From Macrostomum lignano (taxonomy: Eukaryota): a stretch of DNA of 64,000 bases. Where the stretch lies: contig NIVC01000251.1 in assembly GCA_002269645.1 (NCBI GenBank), forward strand, positions 372,001 through 436,000. Direction: 5' to 3'. This document shows, piece after piece, positions 48,085 to 61,469 of the stretch (its first letter is position 1; the number at the start of each line of letters is the position of its first letter). The notes beneath the pieces were generated by a model that had not been told where the DNA came from, did not search any database, and worked only from the letters and a program-made list of their open reading frames with translations. The translations under genes were made by a program, and so were the position numbers.

Positions 48085-48830
48085 TTAAACCCTCCCAGAT
48101 CCTTATTTACTGGGCTACCAGCCTCCCAGATCATCAGTTGCTAAGCTACCAGCCTCCCAAATCCTTAGTTGCTAGGCTGCCAGTCTGCCAGATCCTCAGT
48201 TGCTGGGCTGCCAGCCTGCCAGAGTTGCTGGACTACCAGCCTCCCAGATCCTCAGTTACTGGGCTGCCAGCCTCCCAAATCCTTAGTTGCTAGGCCAGCC
48301 TCCCAGATCCTTAGTTGCTAGGCCAGCCTCCCAGATCCTTAGTTGCCGGGCCAGTCTCCCAGATCCTTAGTTGCTAGGCCAGCCTCCCAGATCCTTAGTT
48401 GCCGGGCCAGTCTCCTAAATCCTTGGTTGCTAGGCCAGCCTCCCAGAACCTTAGTTGCCGGGCCAGTCTCCCAAATCCTTAGTTGCCGGGCCAGTCTCCC
48501 AAATCCTTAGTTGCCGGGCCAGTCTCCCAAATCCTTAGTTGCTGGGCCAGTCTCCCAGATCCTTAGTTACCGGGCCAGTCTCCCAGATCATCAGTTGCCG
48601 GGCCAGTCTCCCAGATCATCAGTTGCCGGGCCAGTCTCCCAGATCATCAGTTGCTGGGCCAGTCTCCCAGATCCTTAGTTGCTGGGCCAGTCTCCCAGAT
48701 CCTTAGTTGCCGGGCCAGTCTCCCAGATCATCAGTTGCCGGGCCAGTCTCCCAGATCATCAGTTGCCGGGCCAGTCTCCCATATCCTTAGTTGCTATGCA
48801 AGGTTTGCAGATCCTCAGTTGCTGGGCCAA
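48085..48830. repeat. 28-bp minisatellite, locus 2 (same family as 41465-41790)
   Basis: GATCCT(C/T)AGTTGC(T/C)GGGCCAG(C/T)CTCCCA units. Confidence 0.9.
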
Positions 48831-49479
48831 AAAAGGTGTTATAAGTAAGAAATTCGAATTTTTAGCTTCACATTGTCTAGCACAATCATCAGAACAAAGT
48901 CAAACTGATTAACATTCCAATCTGCTCTTTGAGTTCCCTCTCTGCTTTCTCTAACTTATTTTCGTCCATTTTTGGTAGCAAATTTGCGTTGCCGACGGCT
49001 CTCTACCCTCACTGCTTTTGTACAACTGTTAGGAAAAATCAATACAGCTACACGAAGGTTGAGCACACTTATGTACTTTGCTATAGCGGCTCTCGGATCA
49101 CCTGGGTGTCGTGTTGGAACTGGCAGCAGTTTTAGTTGCCAGGGACTGCCATATCGATCCTGATTAAAATCTGTCAGAGCCGTTTCGAGGCAAAGAGATC
49201 CACGGGGGGGGGGTGTACAAGTGAGTGTACAATGCTTTGCTTCATACAGCAGCAGCTCCGGTCCCGCGTGTGTGTTTTGACTGCACGGAAACCCGATTTG
49301 AAAGGTTATTGATTTTTCTCCGCGGGGTGTGGTGACTGGGGTGGGGGAACTGGCGGAATAGGGAAGACCTGAAAAATCAGACTAAATTGCTAATTGTTGA
49401 GAGCGCCAGGCCAAGGAGGCTAAAGAGAATATCTGGAGTCTTTCATAAATTCAAGGTTGATGTTGAGATTGCAGTGAGA

Positions 49480-50100
49480 TTAGAATATGGTTAGACTGAG
49501 ATTAGATTGAGATCGAGTGAGATGATAATGAGGTTGCTGTCAGACTAGATTATAGTTAGGCTGAGATTAGATTGAGATTGAGTGAGATAATATTTAGATT
49601 GCAGTGAGATTACAATATGGTTAGGTTGAGATCCAGTGAGATGATATTGAGATTGCAGTGAGATTATATTATTGTTAGGCTGAGATTAGATTGAGATCGA
49701 GTGAGATGATATTGAGATTGCAGTGAGATTATATTATTGTTAGGCTGAGATTAGATTGAGATCGAGTGAGATGATATTGAAATTGTAGTTCGACTAGATT
49801 ATGGTTAGGCTGAGATTAGATTGACATCGAGTGAGATGATATTGAGATTGTAGTTCGACTAGATTATGGTTAGGCTGAGATTAGATTGAGATCGAGTGAA
49901 ATGATATTGAGATTGTTGTTCGACTAGATTATGGTTAGGCTGAGATTAGATTGAGATCAAGTGAAATGATATTGAGATTGTAGTTCGACTAGATTATGGT
50001 TAGGCTGAGATTAGATTGAGATCAAGTGAGATGATGTTGAGATTGCAGTGAGATTAGATTGAGATCGAGTGAGATTGGGCTTAGATCAAGAATGAGATTA
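49480..50100. repeat. ~65-bp composite minisatellite built of GAGAT-containing subunits
   Basis: TGAGATTAGATTGAGATCGAGTGAGATGATATT... recurs at 49681, 49746 and 49811. Confidence 0.85.
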
Positions 50101-50550
50101 TTAAATTCCTTCAAGGTGGTTTATAAGTGCAGCTATCCGAGATGAATATTTTTTTAAACTTACGTAACGTAAAATTTATTGATTTTAGTTCTTTGAAACC
50201 ATTTTTAGCTCAAAGCCATATAAGAATAAAGACATTTCCTGGAAAATCCGACAATCCAGATTTGACTTCATCAAGTTCTCCATATGGCTGCACTCGCTGG
50301 GGTGGCTGCTACCAGGGGGGACAGGGAGTTCCATACCGACTTATAAATGCACAAACCTGTGTATATCGGTAGCCAGAGACAGAGAAATTTCCCAACTTAG
50401 AAATCATTGCAAACTTATATTTGTATAATCGATTCCCCTGCTAAGCTGTGATCCGATCAGGTTTATTCACGGAGTGAGAGCTTCGGGAACACTTTTCCTG
50501 CCATTCTCAGTAGGTTCTCATTTGAGATTTTTTTACGAAGACTTTTGAAG

Positions 50551-53500
50551 ATGTCAAACGCCGAGTTGCAAGCGATGCTGGCTGAGAAGGCCAAGGAGCT
50601 ATTTGACGTGTGCGACATTGAGCAGAAGGGCTTCATCACCAAGAGAGACATGCAGCGACTCAGCGGAGTCCTGCCACTGGACCCCGACCAGATTGAGGAC
50701 GTGTTCGACAGGCTGGATGACGATGGCAATGGCTACTTGACGCTGGAGGAGTTCACGGGTGGCTTCGGTGAGGCTGCAGCCTTGAGACTCATTAGCTCAC
50801 TCATGAACTCACTCATAAACTCACGCATAAATCACTTATGACCTCACTAATTAACTAACTCATTAACTCATTCATGATTTCATATTAACTCACCCATGAA
50901 CTCACTCATGAACTCAGTCATAATCTCACTCATGAACTCACTCATGAACTCACCCATAAACTCACTCATGAACTCACTCATGAACTCACTCATGAACTCA
51001 CTCATGAACTCACTCATGAACTCAGTCATAATCTCACTCATGAACTCACTCATGAACTCACTCATGAACTCAGTCATAATCTCACTCATGAACTCACTCA
51101 TGAACTCACCCATAAACTCACTCATGAACTCACCCATGAAGTCAGTAATGAACTCACTCATGAACTCACTCATGAACTCAGTCATAATCTCACTCATGAA
51201 CTCACTCATGAACTCACTCATAAACTCGCTCATAAAATTGCTCATAAACACACTCATGAACTCACCCATGAACTCACTAATGAACTCACTCATGAATTCA
51301 CTAATGAACTCACTCATAAACTCGCTCATAAACTTGCTCATAAACTCATTTACTCAATCAAAGTATTTCACGAACTCCTCAAATCCTATCACCCCGCAGG
51401 ATCATTTATGGGCCTAGCGTCAGGTAGTGGCGACGGCGCCACAGGCGGAGGCGGCGGCGGCGAGGCGGATGGCGAGTACATCGAGGAGGGACGCCGCGGT
51501 AGGCGGGGCTTCGGCGAAATGGGTGATGACGACGGCTACAGCGTTGAAGAGGACGAGCACTTCCACCAGACGATGGAGAAGCTGGGAGCTGCCGGCGTGT
51601 TTCAGGAGTGAGTTCGGGCTGGGGTGAGACTGAGCTGGGGTGAGACTGAGGGCTGTAGATTGAGTTACACTAGAATAAGATTGCGATGGTATTATATATC
51701 AGGGTGAGATTAGGGTGAGACTCGAAATAGGTCGGGTGAGATTCGAGTGACATCAGGTTGAGACTAGAGTGAGATCTAAATGAGACTAGAGTGAGATCTA
51801 AATGAGACTAGAGTGAGATCTAAATGAGACTAGAGTGAGATCTAAATGAGACTAGAGTGAGATCTAAATGAGACTAGAGTGAGATCTAAATGAGACTAGA
51901 GTGAGATCTAAATGAGACTATAGAGTAAGATCTAAATGAGACTAGAGTGAGATCTAAATGAGACTAGAGTGAGATCTAAATGAGACTAGAGTGAGATTTA
52001 AATGAGACTAGAGTGAGATCTAAATGAGACTAGAGTGAGATCTAAATGAGACTAGAGTGAGATTTAAATGAGACTAGAGTGAGATCTAAATGAGACTATA
52101 GAGTGAGATCTAAATGAGACTAGAGTGAGATCTAAATGAGACTAGAGTGAGATCTAAATGAGACTATAGAGTGAGATCTAAATGAGACTAGAGTGAGATC
52201 TAAATGAGACTAGAGTGAGATCTAAATGAGACTAGAGTGAGATCTAAATGAGACTAGAGTGAGATCTAAATGAGACTAGAGTTAGATCTAAATGAGACAG
52301 GGTAAGATCTGATTGAGAATATACTGAGACGGAGGTGAGATTGGATGAAATTCTAGTAAGATTAGATTAAATCGGGGTGAGACTAGAATTAAAACTAGAT
52401 TCTGCCTACTAGAGATGACGAATGCTGAGATGAAATCTGTCCGTATCAAGGTATCAAGACTCAGACTAACACTAACACCAGATCAGTTGCACTCTTACTA
52501 ACCAACAATTAATAATTCTAAACCAAACTATAAAACACTCACTTGACAATTGTTGCAACAGGAATTTGATCAGGTGAGTCTTCAAGGTTTTAGTGGGGCT
52601 CTGCAGTGCTTCAAATGTGTTTTTATAATAAAACTCGAATATTTAATTGTAGATAATTATATCGCTTATCCGATCTGTATATCCTGACATAATTGTGCAC
52701 GAAACAATATTGTTAAATAACTACGATTGTTAAATAATGCACACGCATAGTAATAAGCCTACTTGGCCGTTTGGTGGCACAGTACGTAGGGTTTGTTTTG
52801 TTTTAGTTTCTTAGATGTCTGCTTAAAATTTGAATATTCAGCTTATGCCTAATAGACAGCCTTGATCGCTTTCTGAGTAGGCCTACGAGTGCGCTTCATC
52901 TTAGCTAGCGCTTTGTGTTTTATTCTGCTCAAGTCGATTATTAAATAATCAGTAACCATGGTTACCGCACTGGCTGGCTCTTTTCCCGCTTTTGCACTGT
53001 GCCTACACCGCTCCCCACTCTCTCCCTCTCCCTCTCCCACTCTCCCTCTCCCTCTTCCTCTCCCACTCTCCCTCTCCCACTCTCCCTCTCCCATTTTCTC
53101 TCTCCCACTCTTCCACTCTCCTTCTTCCACACTCCCTCTCCCACTCTCTCTCTCCCTCTCCCTCTCTCCCTCTCCCTCTCCCACTCTCCCTCTCCCATTT
53201 TCTCTCTCCCACTCTCCTTCCACTCTCCCTCTCCATCTCTCCCTCTCCCTCTCCCACTCTCCCTCCCATTTTCCCTCTCCCACTCTTCTTCCACTCTCCT
53301 TCTTCCACTCTCCATCTCTCCCTCTCCCACCCTCCCTCTCCCATTTTCTCTCTCCCACTCTTCTTCCACTCTCCCTCTCCCACTCTCTCTCTCCCTCTCC
53401 ATCTCTCCCTCTCCCTCTCCCACTCTCCCTCTCCCATTTTCTCTCTCCCACTCTCCTTCCACTCTCCCTCTCCCACTCTCTCTCTCCCTCTCCATCTCTC

Positions 53501-56500
53501 CCTCTCCCTCTCCCACTCTCTCTCTCCCACTCTCCCTCTCCCATTTTCTCTCTCCCACTCTCCTTCCACTCTCCCTCTCCATCTCTCCCTCTCCCTCTCC
53601 CACTCTCCCTCCCATTTTCCCTCTCCCACTCTTCTTCCACTCTCCTTCTTCCACTCTCCATCTCTCCCTCTCCCTCTCCCACTCTCCCTCTCCATCTCTC
53701 CCTCTCCCTCTTCCACTCTCCTTCTTCCACTCTCCCTCTCCATCTCTCCCACTCTCCCTCTCCCACTCTCCCTCTCCCACTCTCTCTCTCCCACTCTCTC
53801 TCTCCCACTCTCTCTCTCCCACTCTCCCTCTCCCACTCTCCTTTTTCTTTTCTGTTTAGCCTGTACAATCGCAGATTAGAAACTTTCTCATTGCACACTA
53901 TGTTTTAAAAAACGAGTTATACACGAGAAAAGCGAGTATTTCAATCATAAATTATTCAATTTCTTCATTTTTTGAAATCCTTATTCAAATAAAGGGATCA
54001 ATATGACACTCGAACTTTTGGGTAAAAATTGATTTTGTTTATCTAATTTTGCGCGCATTTTTCCGCGAAAAAAGATGCGAAATTTTTTTACAAATACTAT
54101 TACGTTTTTGGTAATTGAAGTCCGTGTATTTTTTGTTTAAACGATTGGGTTTTAAGTTGAAGTGTATTGGAAGATATTTTTGTTAAAAATATTGAATAAT
54201 AATTATTACGAAAAAAATGATTAAGCAAGATGGCAGGGTATTCATTTTAACAAATTATTCAATAAGGTGATAAAATTTTGTATTGATTCTTATCCATTAT
54301 TGATAATCAATTTATTAATTTACATTACATGTTCTACGATTGCTACTACCAAACCAAATTTCAGTAGGGTAGTTAGCGCATAAATTTTAAGAGTAAATTT
54401 TTAACTTGTTCAAAAATCTCTACTTTTCCCCGTTCGCCCAGAGAGGACAGCGTGAAGGAGCTGTGGGGCCGTCTGCAGAGAGACTACCCAGAGTTGGTCC
54501 CCGGGCTCGAGTCTCTGCTCACAAAAATGACTACAGAAATTCAGAAAAGTCAAGAGAGTTATAAAAGTTTGGAGAAAGTTCTACGAACGTAAGTAATCGT
54601 TTTGTTATACTGATAATGAATTTTTAGTGTAAAAATAAAACAAAAAATCTATTTTTTAAAATTGAAATTTTCCAGGAAATCCTCAGCTCACGACGACGAG
54701 GTGCGAAAATTGTACGAAGAAATGGAGACTCAGATTCGAGCTGAGCGAGACAAAGTACTCGCCGAGGAGCGAGCCAAGGAGAAACAGCTGCGCGAGGACA
54801 TGGAGCGGGAGATTCGCGAGAAGGAGAAGCTGTGTCAGGAGCTGATGAAGAACCACGAGAAGGTTTGTTAGCGCCGATTTGGGGTGTGGGACAGACTGGA
54901 GATTGAAGCTGGTCAGGTGTGGGACAGACTGGAGATTGAAGCTGGTCAGGTGTGGGACAGACTGGAGATTGAAGCTGGTCAGGTGTGGGACAGACTGGAG
55001 ATTGAAGCTGGTCAGGTGTGGGACAGACTGGAGATTGAAGCTGGTCAGGTGTGGGACAGACTGAAGATTTAAGCTGGTCAGGTGTGGGACAGACTGCAGA
55101 TTTAAGCTGGTCAGGTGTGGGACAGACTGGAGATTGAAGCTGGTCAGGTGTGGGACAGACTGGAGATTGAAGCTGGTCAGGTGTGGGACAGACTGAAGAT
55201 TTAAGCTGGTCAGGTGTGGGACAGACTGCAGATTTAAGCTGGTCAGGTGTGGGACAGACTGAAGATTTAAGCTGGTCAGGTGTGGGACAGACTGAAGATT
55301 TAAGCTGGTCAGGTGTGGGACAGACTGGAGATTGGAGCTGGTCAGGTGTGGGACAGAATGAAGATTGGAGCTGGTCAGGTGTGGGACAGAATGAAGATTG
55401 GAGCTGGTCAGGTGTGGGACAGAATGAAGATTGGAGCTGGTCAGGTGTGGGACAGAATGAAGATTGGAGCTGGTCAGGTGTGGGACAGAATGAAGATTGG
55501 AGCTGGTCAGGTGTGGGACAGAATGAAGATTGGAGCTGGTCAGGTATGGGACAGACTGGATCGATGCTGCGGGGTCAGTTGTCATAAATAATCTCTAATT
55601 CCGCCTGTTGCCGCCATCAAAACATATCAGCTCCAGCAGCGCTTGGATGAAATCAACCTGGTGCAAGCTGAGACTGCTCAGGAAAACGAGAGACTAGCCA
55701 AGGAGCGCGACGCTCTGGAAGAGGAGCTCTCAGAATCTCGCGAGGCTCTGGAAGAGTCGCAGTCCTACGTTGAAGAGTTGCAGAAGAAGTTCAAAGACGA
55801 CCGAAGGAAACGGGCTCAGGCGGCGATTGCTTTGAGCGAAGGCATCGCGCTGGAGCGGGAGACTCTGGTGCGCCAGCTGGACACCCTCCGGGACGTGAAC
55901 AAGAAGCTGAAAGACGAGTCTGACATGTCAGGAACCCTGGACTCGGGCGACAGAGGCCTGGGCTTCGGGGAAATTGTGCACTTCCGCGAAGGCGGCGAAG
56001 AGGGCAGCAGCGGCGGCGGAAGCGGCAGCCAGAAGGACAGCCCGACTGGAGGGGCCGCGGCGAAGAGCTTCAACAGGCAGGAGTCGCTGCAGGGCTTGAA
56101 TGCCGCCTCTGCTGTCATCGTTGGGTGAGGAATGACTTCCATAATCCTACAGATTTGTTCTCCAACTGTATCCTCATTCAAGCTTCATCCTTTGGTTCAT
56201 CGTCATCTCCAGCTTCATCCTCCTCCTCAGCTTCATCCTCATTCTCAGCTTCATCCTCCTCCTCAGCTTCATCCTCATTCTCAGCTTCATCCTCATCATC
56301 AGCTTCATCCTCATCTCCAGCTTCATCGTCATCTAAAGCTTCATCGTCATCTCCAGCTTCATCCTTATCATCAGCTTCACCGTCATCTCCAGCTTCATCG
56401 TCATCTACAGCTTCATCGTCATCTCCAGCTTCATCGTCATCTACAGCTTCATCGTCATCTACAGCTTCATCGTCATCTCCAGCTTCATCGTCATCTACAG

Positions 56501-59500
56501 CTTCATCCTTTTCACCAGCTTCATCTTCATATCCAGCTTCATCCTCATCTCCAGCTTCATCCTCACCCAGCTTCATCCTTATCTCCAGCTTCATCCTCAT
56601 CTCCAGCTTCATCCTCATCTCCAGCTTCATCCTCATCTCCAGCTTCATCCTCATCTCCAGCTTCATCCTCATCTCTAGCTTCATCGTCATCTACAGCTTC
56701 ATCCTTTTCACCAGCTTCATCCTCATATCCAGCTTCATCCTCATCTCCAGCTTCATCCTCATCCAGCTTCATCCTTATCTCCAGCTTCATCCTCATCCAG
56801 CTTCATCCTCATCTCCAGCTTCATCCTCATCTCCAGCTTCATCCTCATCCAGCTTCATCCTCATCTCCAGCTTCATCCTCATCCAGCTTCATCCTCATCT
56901 CCAGCTTCATCCTCATCGTTATATTTGGCATTTTAACCCTGATTTTCGCCCTCGACACTTTCAGCGGCGAAACCCTCGCCGACATCATGGACGGCGACGA
57001 AGACGACTGCGAGTATGACTACGACGGCGACGCTGGCGCATTCGGTGGCGCTGGCGGCGGCTTTGGACGCGGCAGCCCCATCGTGTACGAGACCATCGAG
57101 TCCGAGTCCTACCAGCCTGTCAATCTGGTTCCGCCGGTGCCGCCACCGCCGCCTCCGAAGGAGACTTCTGAGACGGCCACCATGATGACTCCATGTCCGA
57201 GTCGTCAACCGACGCCACCGCCAACGCCGCCGCCTCTTCCGCCGCCGGTTTCAAAATGCGAGATTGAAATTCAAACCGAAGAGATCGAACTGCCGACGCC
57301 TGTGGTGCCAGTGGTAGTTAAAGAGTGAGCGAAATTTAGTATGGTGGTCTAGCGGAGCTTATCCCTTCGAGTGTCAACGGAACCCCCCTTCCATGAATAA
57401 CCTTTCTCCTGAATGAATACCCCTGTCAACAGAATCTCTCCATACACATAACTCCTTCCACCACAGAACCTCCGCCGCATAACTCCCCCACAGAACCCCA
57501 GCCCCCACAGAACCCCAGCCCCCACAGAACCCTCCCCCACAGAACCCTCCCCCAACAGAACCCTCCCCCACAGAACCCTCCCCCAACAGAACCCTCCCCC
57601 AACAGAACCCTCCCCCCACAGAACCCTCCCCCTACAGAACCCTCCCCCCACAGAACCCTCCCCCAACAGAACCCTGCCCCCACAGAACCCTCCCCCCAAC
57701 AGAACCCTCCCCCAACAGAACCCTCCCCCACAGAACCCTCCCCCAACAGAACCCTCCCCCAACAGAACCCTCCCCCACAGAACCCTCCCCCTACAGAACC
57801 CTCCCCCTCCACAGAACCCTCCCCCAACAGAACCCTCCCCCTACAGAACCCTCCCCCACAGAACCCTCCCCCAACAGAACCCTCCCCCCACAGAACCCTC
57901 CCCAACAGAACCCTCCCCCCACAGAACCCTCCCCCAACAGAACCCTCCCCCACAGAACCCTCCCCCAACAGAACCCTGCCCCCACAGAACCCTCCCCCCA
58001 CAGAACCCTCCCCCTACAGAACCCTCCCCCACAGAACCCTCCCCAACAGAACCCTGCCCCCACAGAACCCTCCCCCCAACAGAACCCTCCCCCAACAGAA
58101 CCCTCCCCCACAGAACCCTCCCTCTACAGAACCCTCCCCCACAGAACCCTCCCCCACAGAACCCTCCCTCTACAGAACCCTCCCCCACAGAACCCTCCCC
58201 CCAACAGAACCCTCCCCCAACAGAACCCTCCCCCACAGAACCCTCCCCCACAGAACCCTCCCCCAACAGAACCCTCCCCCAACAGAACCCTCCCCCCAAC
58301 AGAACCCTCCCCCAACAGAACCCTGCCCCCACAGAACCCTCCCCCAACAGAACCCTCCCCCAACAGAACCCTCCCCCACAGAACCCTCCCCCACAGAACC
58401 CTCCCCCCACAGAACCCTCCCCCACAGAACCCTCCCTCTACAGAACCCTTCCCCCAACAGAACCCTGCCCCCACAGAACCCTCCCCCACAGAACCCTCCC
58501 CCAACAGAACCCTCCCCCACAGAACCCTCCCCCAACAGAACCCTCCCCCACAGAACCCTCCCCCAACAGAACCCTCCCCCCACAGAACCCTCCCCCTACA
58601 GAACCCTCCCCCACAGAACCCTCCCCCAACAGAACACTGCCCCCACAGAACCCTCCCCCAACAGAACCCTGCCCCCACAGAACCCTCCCCCAACAGAACC
58701 CTCCCCCAACAGAACCCTCCCCCACAGAACCCTCCCCACAGAACCCTCCCCCAACAGAACCCTCCCCCTACAGAACCCTCTTCCCTATAAGCTTTCCCAT
58801 TTTTCAATGAAAAACTATTTTTAAAGTACGCCATACACTTTTCCTCCCTCTGCAGCTCAGAAGCCAACGCTGACTCTGGTGTCGACCGACCGACGCCCGA
58901 AGGGGCCGGCGACGAAGATGCCCACTCGGTGGCCACCACTGGAGCAAACAGCTCGGAGGCTGCCATGCTGGTAAGATGAGGCAAATAAAGTTTCCTATTA
59001 TTTAGAAGCATTGATAGACACTCGATTCGATTATATTTAGGCTGGCAAATCGCCCGAACGAATCTTCAAAGTGGTGTTCGTTGGCGACTCCGGAGTTGGC
59101 AAAAGTTCCATCATTCATCGGTTCTGTCAGAATTCGTTCAAGTCAACGTTTTCCGCCACTATTGGCATCGATTTTCAAATTAAAACAATGTGCGTTGAGG
59201 AGCAGGTGATTGCGCTGCAACTCTGGGACACGGCTGGGCAGGAGCGGTGAGCTATGACATACTTACACGCGTCTTGAGGGCGCCAAACTATACTTACACG
59301 TGTCTTGAGGGCGCCAAACTATACTTATAAGTGTCTTGAGGGCGCCAAACTATACTTATAAGTGTCTTGAGGGCGTCAAACTATACTTATAAGTGTCTTG
59401 AGGGCGCCGATCAATGCTTATAAGTGTCTTGAAGGCGCCAAACTATACTTATAAGTGTCTTGAGGGCGCCAAACTATACTTATAAGTGTCTTGAGGGCGC

Positions 59501-61292
59501 CAAACTATACTTATAAGTGTCTTGAGGGCGTCAAACTATACTTATAAGTGTCTTGAGGGCGCCGATCAATGCTTATAAGTGTCTTGAGGGCGCCAAACTA
59601 TACTTATAAGTGTCTTGAGGGCACCAAACTATACTTATAAGTGTCTTGAGGGCGCCAAACTATACTTATAAGTGTCTTGAGGGCGCCAAACTATACTTAT
59701 AAGTGTCTTGAGGGCGCCAAACTATACTTATAAGTGTCTTGAGGGCGCCGATCAATGCTTATAAGTGTCTTGAGGGCGCCAAACTATACTTATTAGTGTC
59801 TTGAGGGCGCCAAACTATAGTTATTAGTGTCTTGAGGGCGCCAAACTATAGTTATAAGTGTCTTGAGGGCGCCAAACTATAGTTATAAGTGTCTTGATGG
59901 CGCTAAACTGTAGCTTTAGGTGTCTTAAGAGCGCCAAACTTCAATGTCTGTGGCGCCAAACTTTAAAATGTCTGTAAAAAAAACTTTAAAAAACAGACAC
60001 TTTAAAGTGTCTGTGGCACCATAATTTTGAGGTGTTTAGTAGCGCCCAACTCCCAGGTGCTGAGTGGCCCCAAACTCTAACGTGTCTGTGGCGCCAAACA
60101 ATCAGGTGTTCAGTGGCGCCAAACTCTCAGGTAATTAGTGGCGCCAAACTCTCAGGTGTTTAATGGGGCCAAACTCTCACTACTTAATTCTATTTTCATC
60201 TCCATTTCAAATCAGATTTCGCAGTATAACAAAGCAATACTTCCGCAAAGCCGATGGCATAGTGATTGTTTACGACGTGACCAACTCAGTCACCTATTTG
60301 CACCTGCGCGAATGGATGGAATCCGTGGTTGAAGGCGCCGAAGACAACGCAGTCAAGATGGTCCTTGGCAACAAGGTAGATCTAGCCGGTGAGGCGAGTT
60401 CCGATGGAATGCAAAATGTTGTCGACAAGAAGAGTGGCAGCCAGTTGGCTGACGAGTTCGAAGCTCTGTTCTATGAAGTTAGCGCTAAGAGTGGCTCAAG
60501 CATCAATGAGGCTTTTCACGCCCTTGCCTGGTAAGAATTACCTAGTGCTTATACTAGAGGGATTTACGTGTAGAGGGATTAATGACATCTAAAGAGATTA
60601 GTGAGAAATAGAGGGTTAGTGAGATTCAGTTGGGATTGATAAGAGATCTAGTTGAGATTGATAAGAGATCTAGTTGGGATTTATAAGATATCTAGTTGGG
60701 ATTGATGAGAGATCTAGAGTGATAATTAAGAGATCTAGGAGGGATTGATAAGAGATCTAGGGGGGATTGATAAGAGATCTAGGGGGGATTGATAAGAGAT
60801 CTGTAGTGTTGATAAGAGATCTAGGGGGGGGGGTTGATAAGAGATCTGTAGTGTTGATAAGAGATCTAGGGGGGGGGGGGTTGATAAGAGATCTGTAGTG
60901 TTGATAAGAGATCTAGGGGGGGTTGATAAGAGATCTGTAGTGTTGATAAGAGATCTAGAAGGATTTGTGAGATATTAGGTAAGATATCTTAAGGCACGAT
61001 TGGGATATTTAGACAGATACATACCAGTACATAACATACGAGCCTATGTGAGAGATTCAGGGGGCATTGCTGAGATCTAAAGGAATAACTGTTAAGATCT
61101 ACATGTCGCACAGGTTAGAGATGTACATGTACCCGTCTATGTCAGCTATCAAAATAAAAGTGCATGACCTGATCGAACTGACAATAAACGCAACATTTCA
61201 GCGTTCTTCGCGAACGGGAAGACAGAGAGCTAAAGAACGCTATCAGAATCAGTGCCGACATTGAAAAGAAGAAGGGATGCTGTGGAAAGTAA
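50551..61292 (+). CDS. CRACR2A: CRACR2A/Rab46-like large Rab GTPase (EF-hands, coiled coil, Pro-rich, Rab), 779 aa; join(50551..50767,51400..51607,54442..54588,54676..54862,55631..56124,56965..57324,58856..58970,59041..59246,60216..60530,61202..61292)
   Basis: N-terminus AKELFDVCDIEQKGFITKRDMQRL...DVFDRLDDDGNGYLTLEEF; VKELWGRL; coiled coil; G1 GDSGVGKS, G2 SATIG, G3 WDTAGQE, G4 NKVD, G5 SAK; C-terminal KKKGCCGK prenylation motif. All 9 introns are GT-AG and phase-consistent; CDS 2340 nt. Confidence 0.93.
50790..51350. repeat. 12-bp minisatellite (ACTCACTCATGA), CRACR2A intron 1
   Basis: Visible tandem units. Confidence 0.92.
51760..52310. repeat. 22-bp minisatellite (GAGATCTAAATGAGACTAGAGT), intron 2
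   Basis: Visible tandem units. Confidence 0.93.
53010..53845. repeat. CT-rich (CCCACTCTCCCTCT) low-complexity repeat, intron 2
   Basis: Direct reading. Confidence 0.92.
54885..55560. repeat. 33-bp minisatellite (GTGTGGGACAGACTGGAGATTGAAGCTGGTCAG), intron 4
   Basis: About 20 tandem units. Confidence 0.95.
56170..56915. repeat. 18-bp minisatellite (CCAGCTTCATCCTCATCT), intron 5
   Basis: Visible tandem units. Confidence 0.93.
57455..58780. repeat. 15-18-bp C-rich minisatellite (CAGAACCCTCCCCC(A)A), intron 6
   Basis: Visible tandem units. Confidence 0.95.
59255..60180. repeat. 31-bp minisatellite (GGGCGCCAAACTATACTTATAAGTGTCTTGA) grading into divergent GGCGCCAAAC units, intron 8
   Basis: Visible tandem units. 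Confidence 0.92.
60600..60960. repeat. ~20-bp minisatellite (TTGATAAGAGATCTAGGG / ...CTGTAGTG), intron 9
   Basis: Visible tandem units. Confidence 0.85.
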
Positions 61293-61463
61293 CTTTTTGC
61301 GTAGAATATGATTTGAAATCAACTAGCTACAATATATTTTTAATTGTTTAAATGGCGTGGGACGAAATCTAGAAAATTTCATGACTTTCAACGTCCTAAA
61401 AAGACATTGAAATTTGTTAATCCAATTCCGAACGGATATAAACAAATATTGGATTTTCTAGTC

Positions 61464-61469
61464 AATAAA
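61464..61469 (+). terminator. Candidate polyadenylation signal AATAAA for the CRACR2A-like gene
   Basis: First AATAAA noticed after the stop (~170 nt downstream), in AT-rich context, so it could be chance. Confidence 0.4.

Noticed and set aside
54885-55560. Repeated CAG|GT as recursive splice sites
   Set aside because: No polypyrimidine tract precedes the AG, GTGTGG is a poor donor, and the intron is under 1 kb.
56125-59011. Ser/His-rich and Gly-rich ORFs of 170-398 aa
   Set aside because: Intron 5 and 6 minisatellites; only 56965-57324 and 58856-58970 are supported exons.
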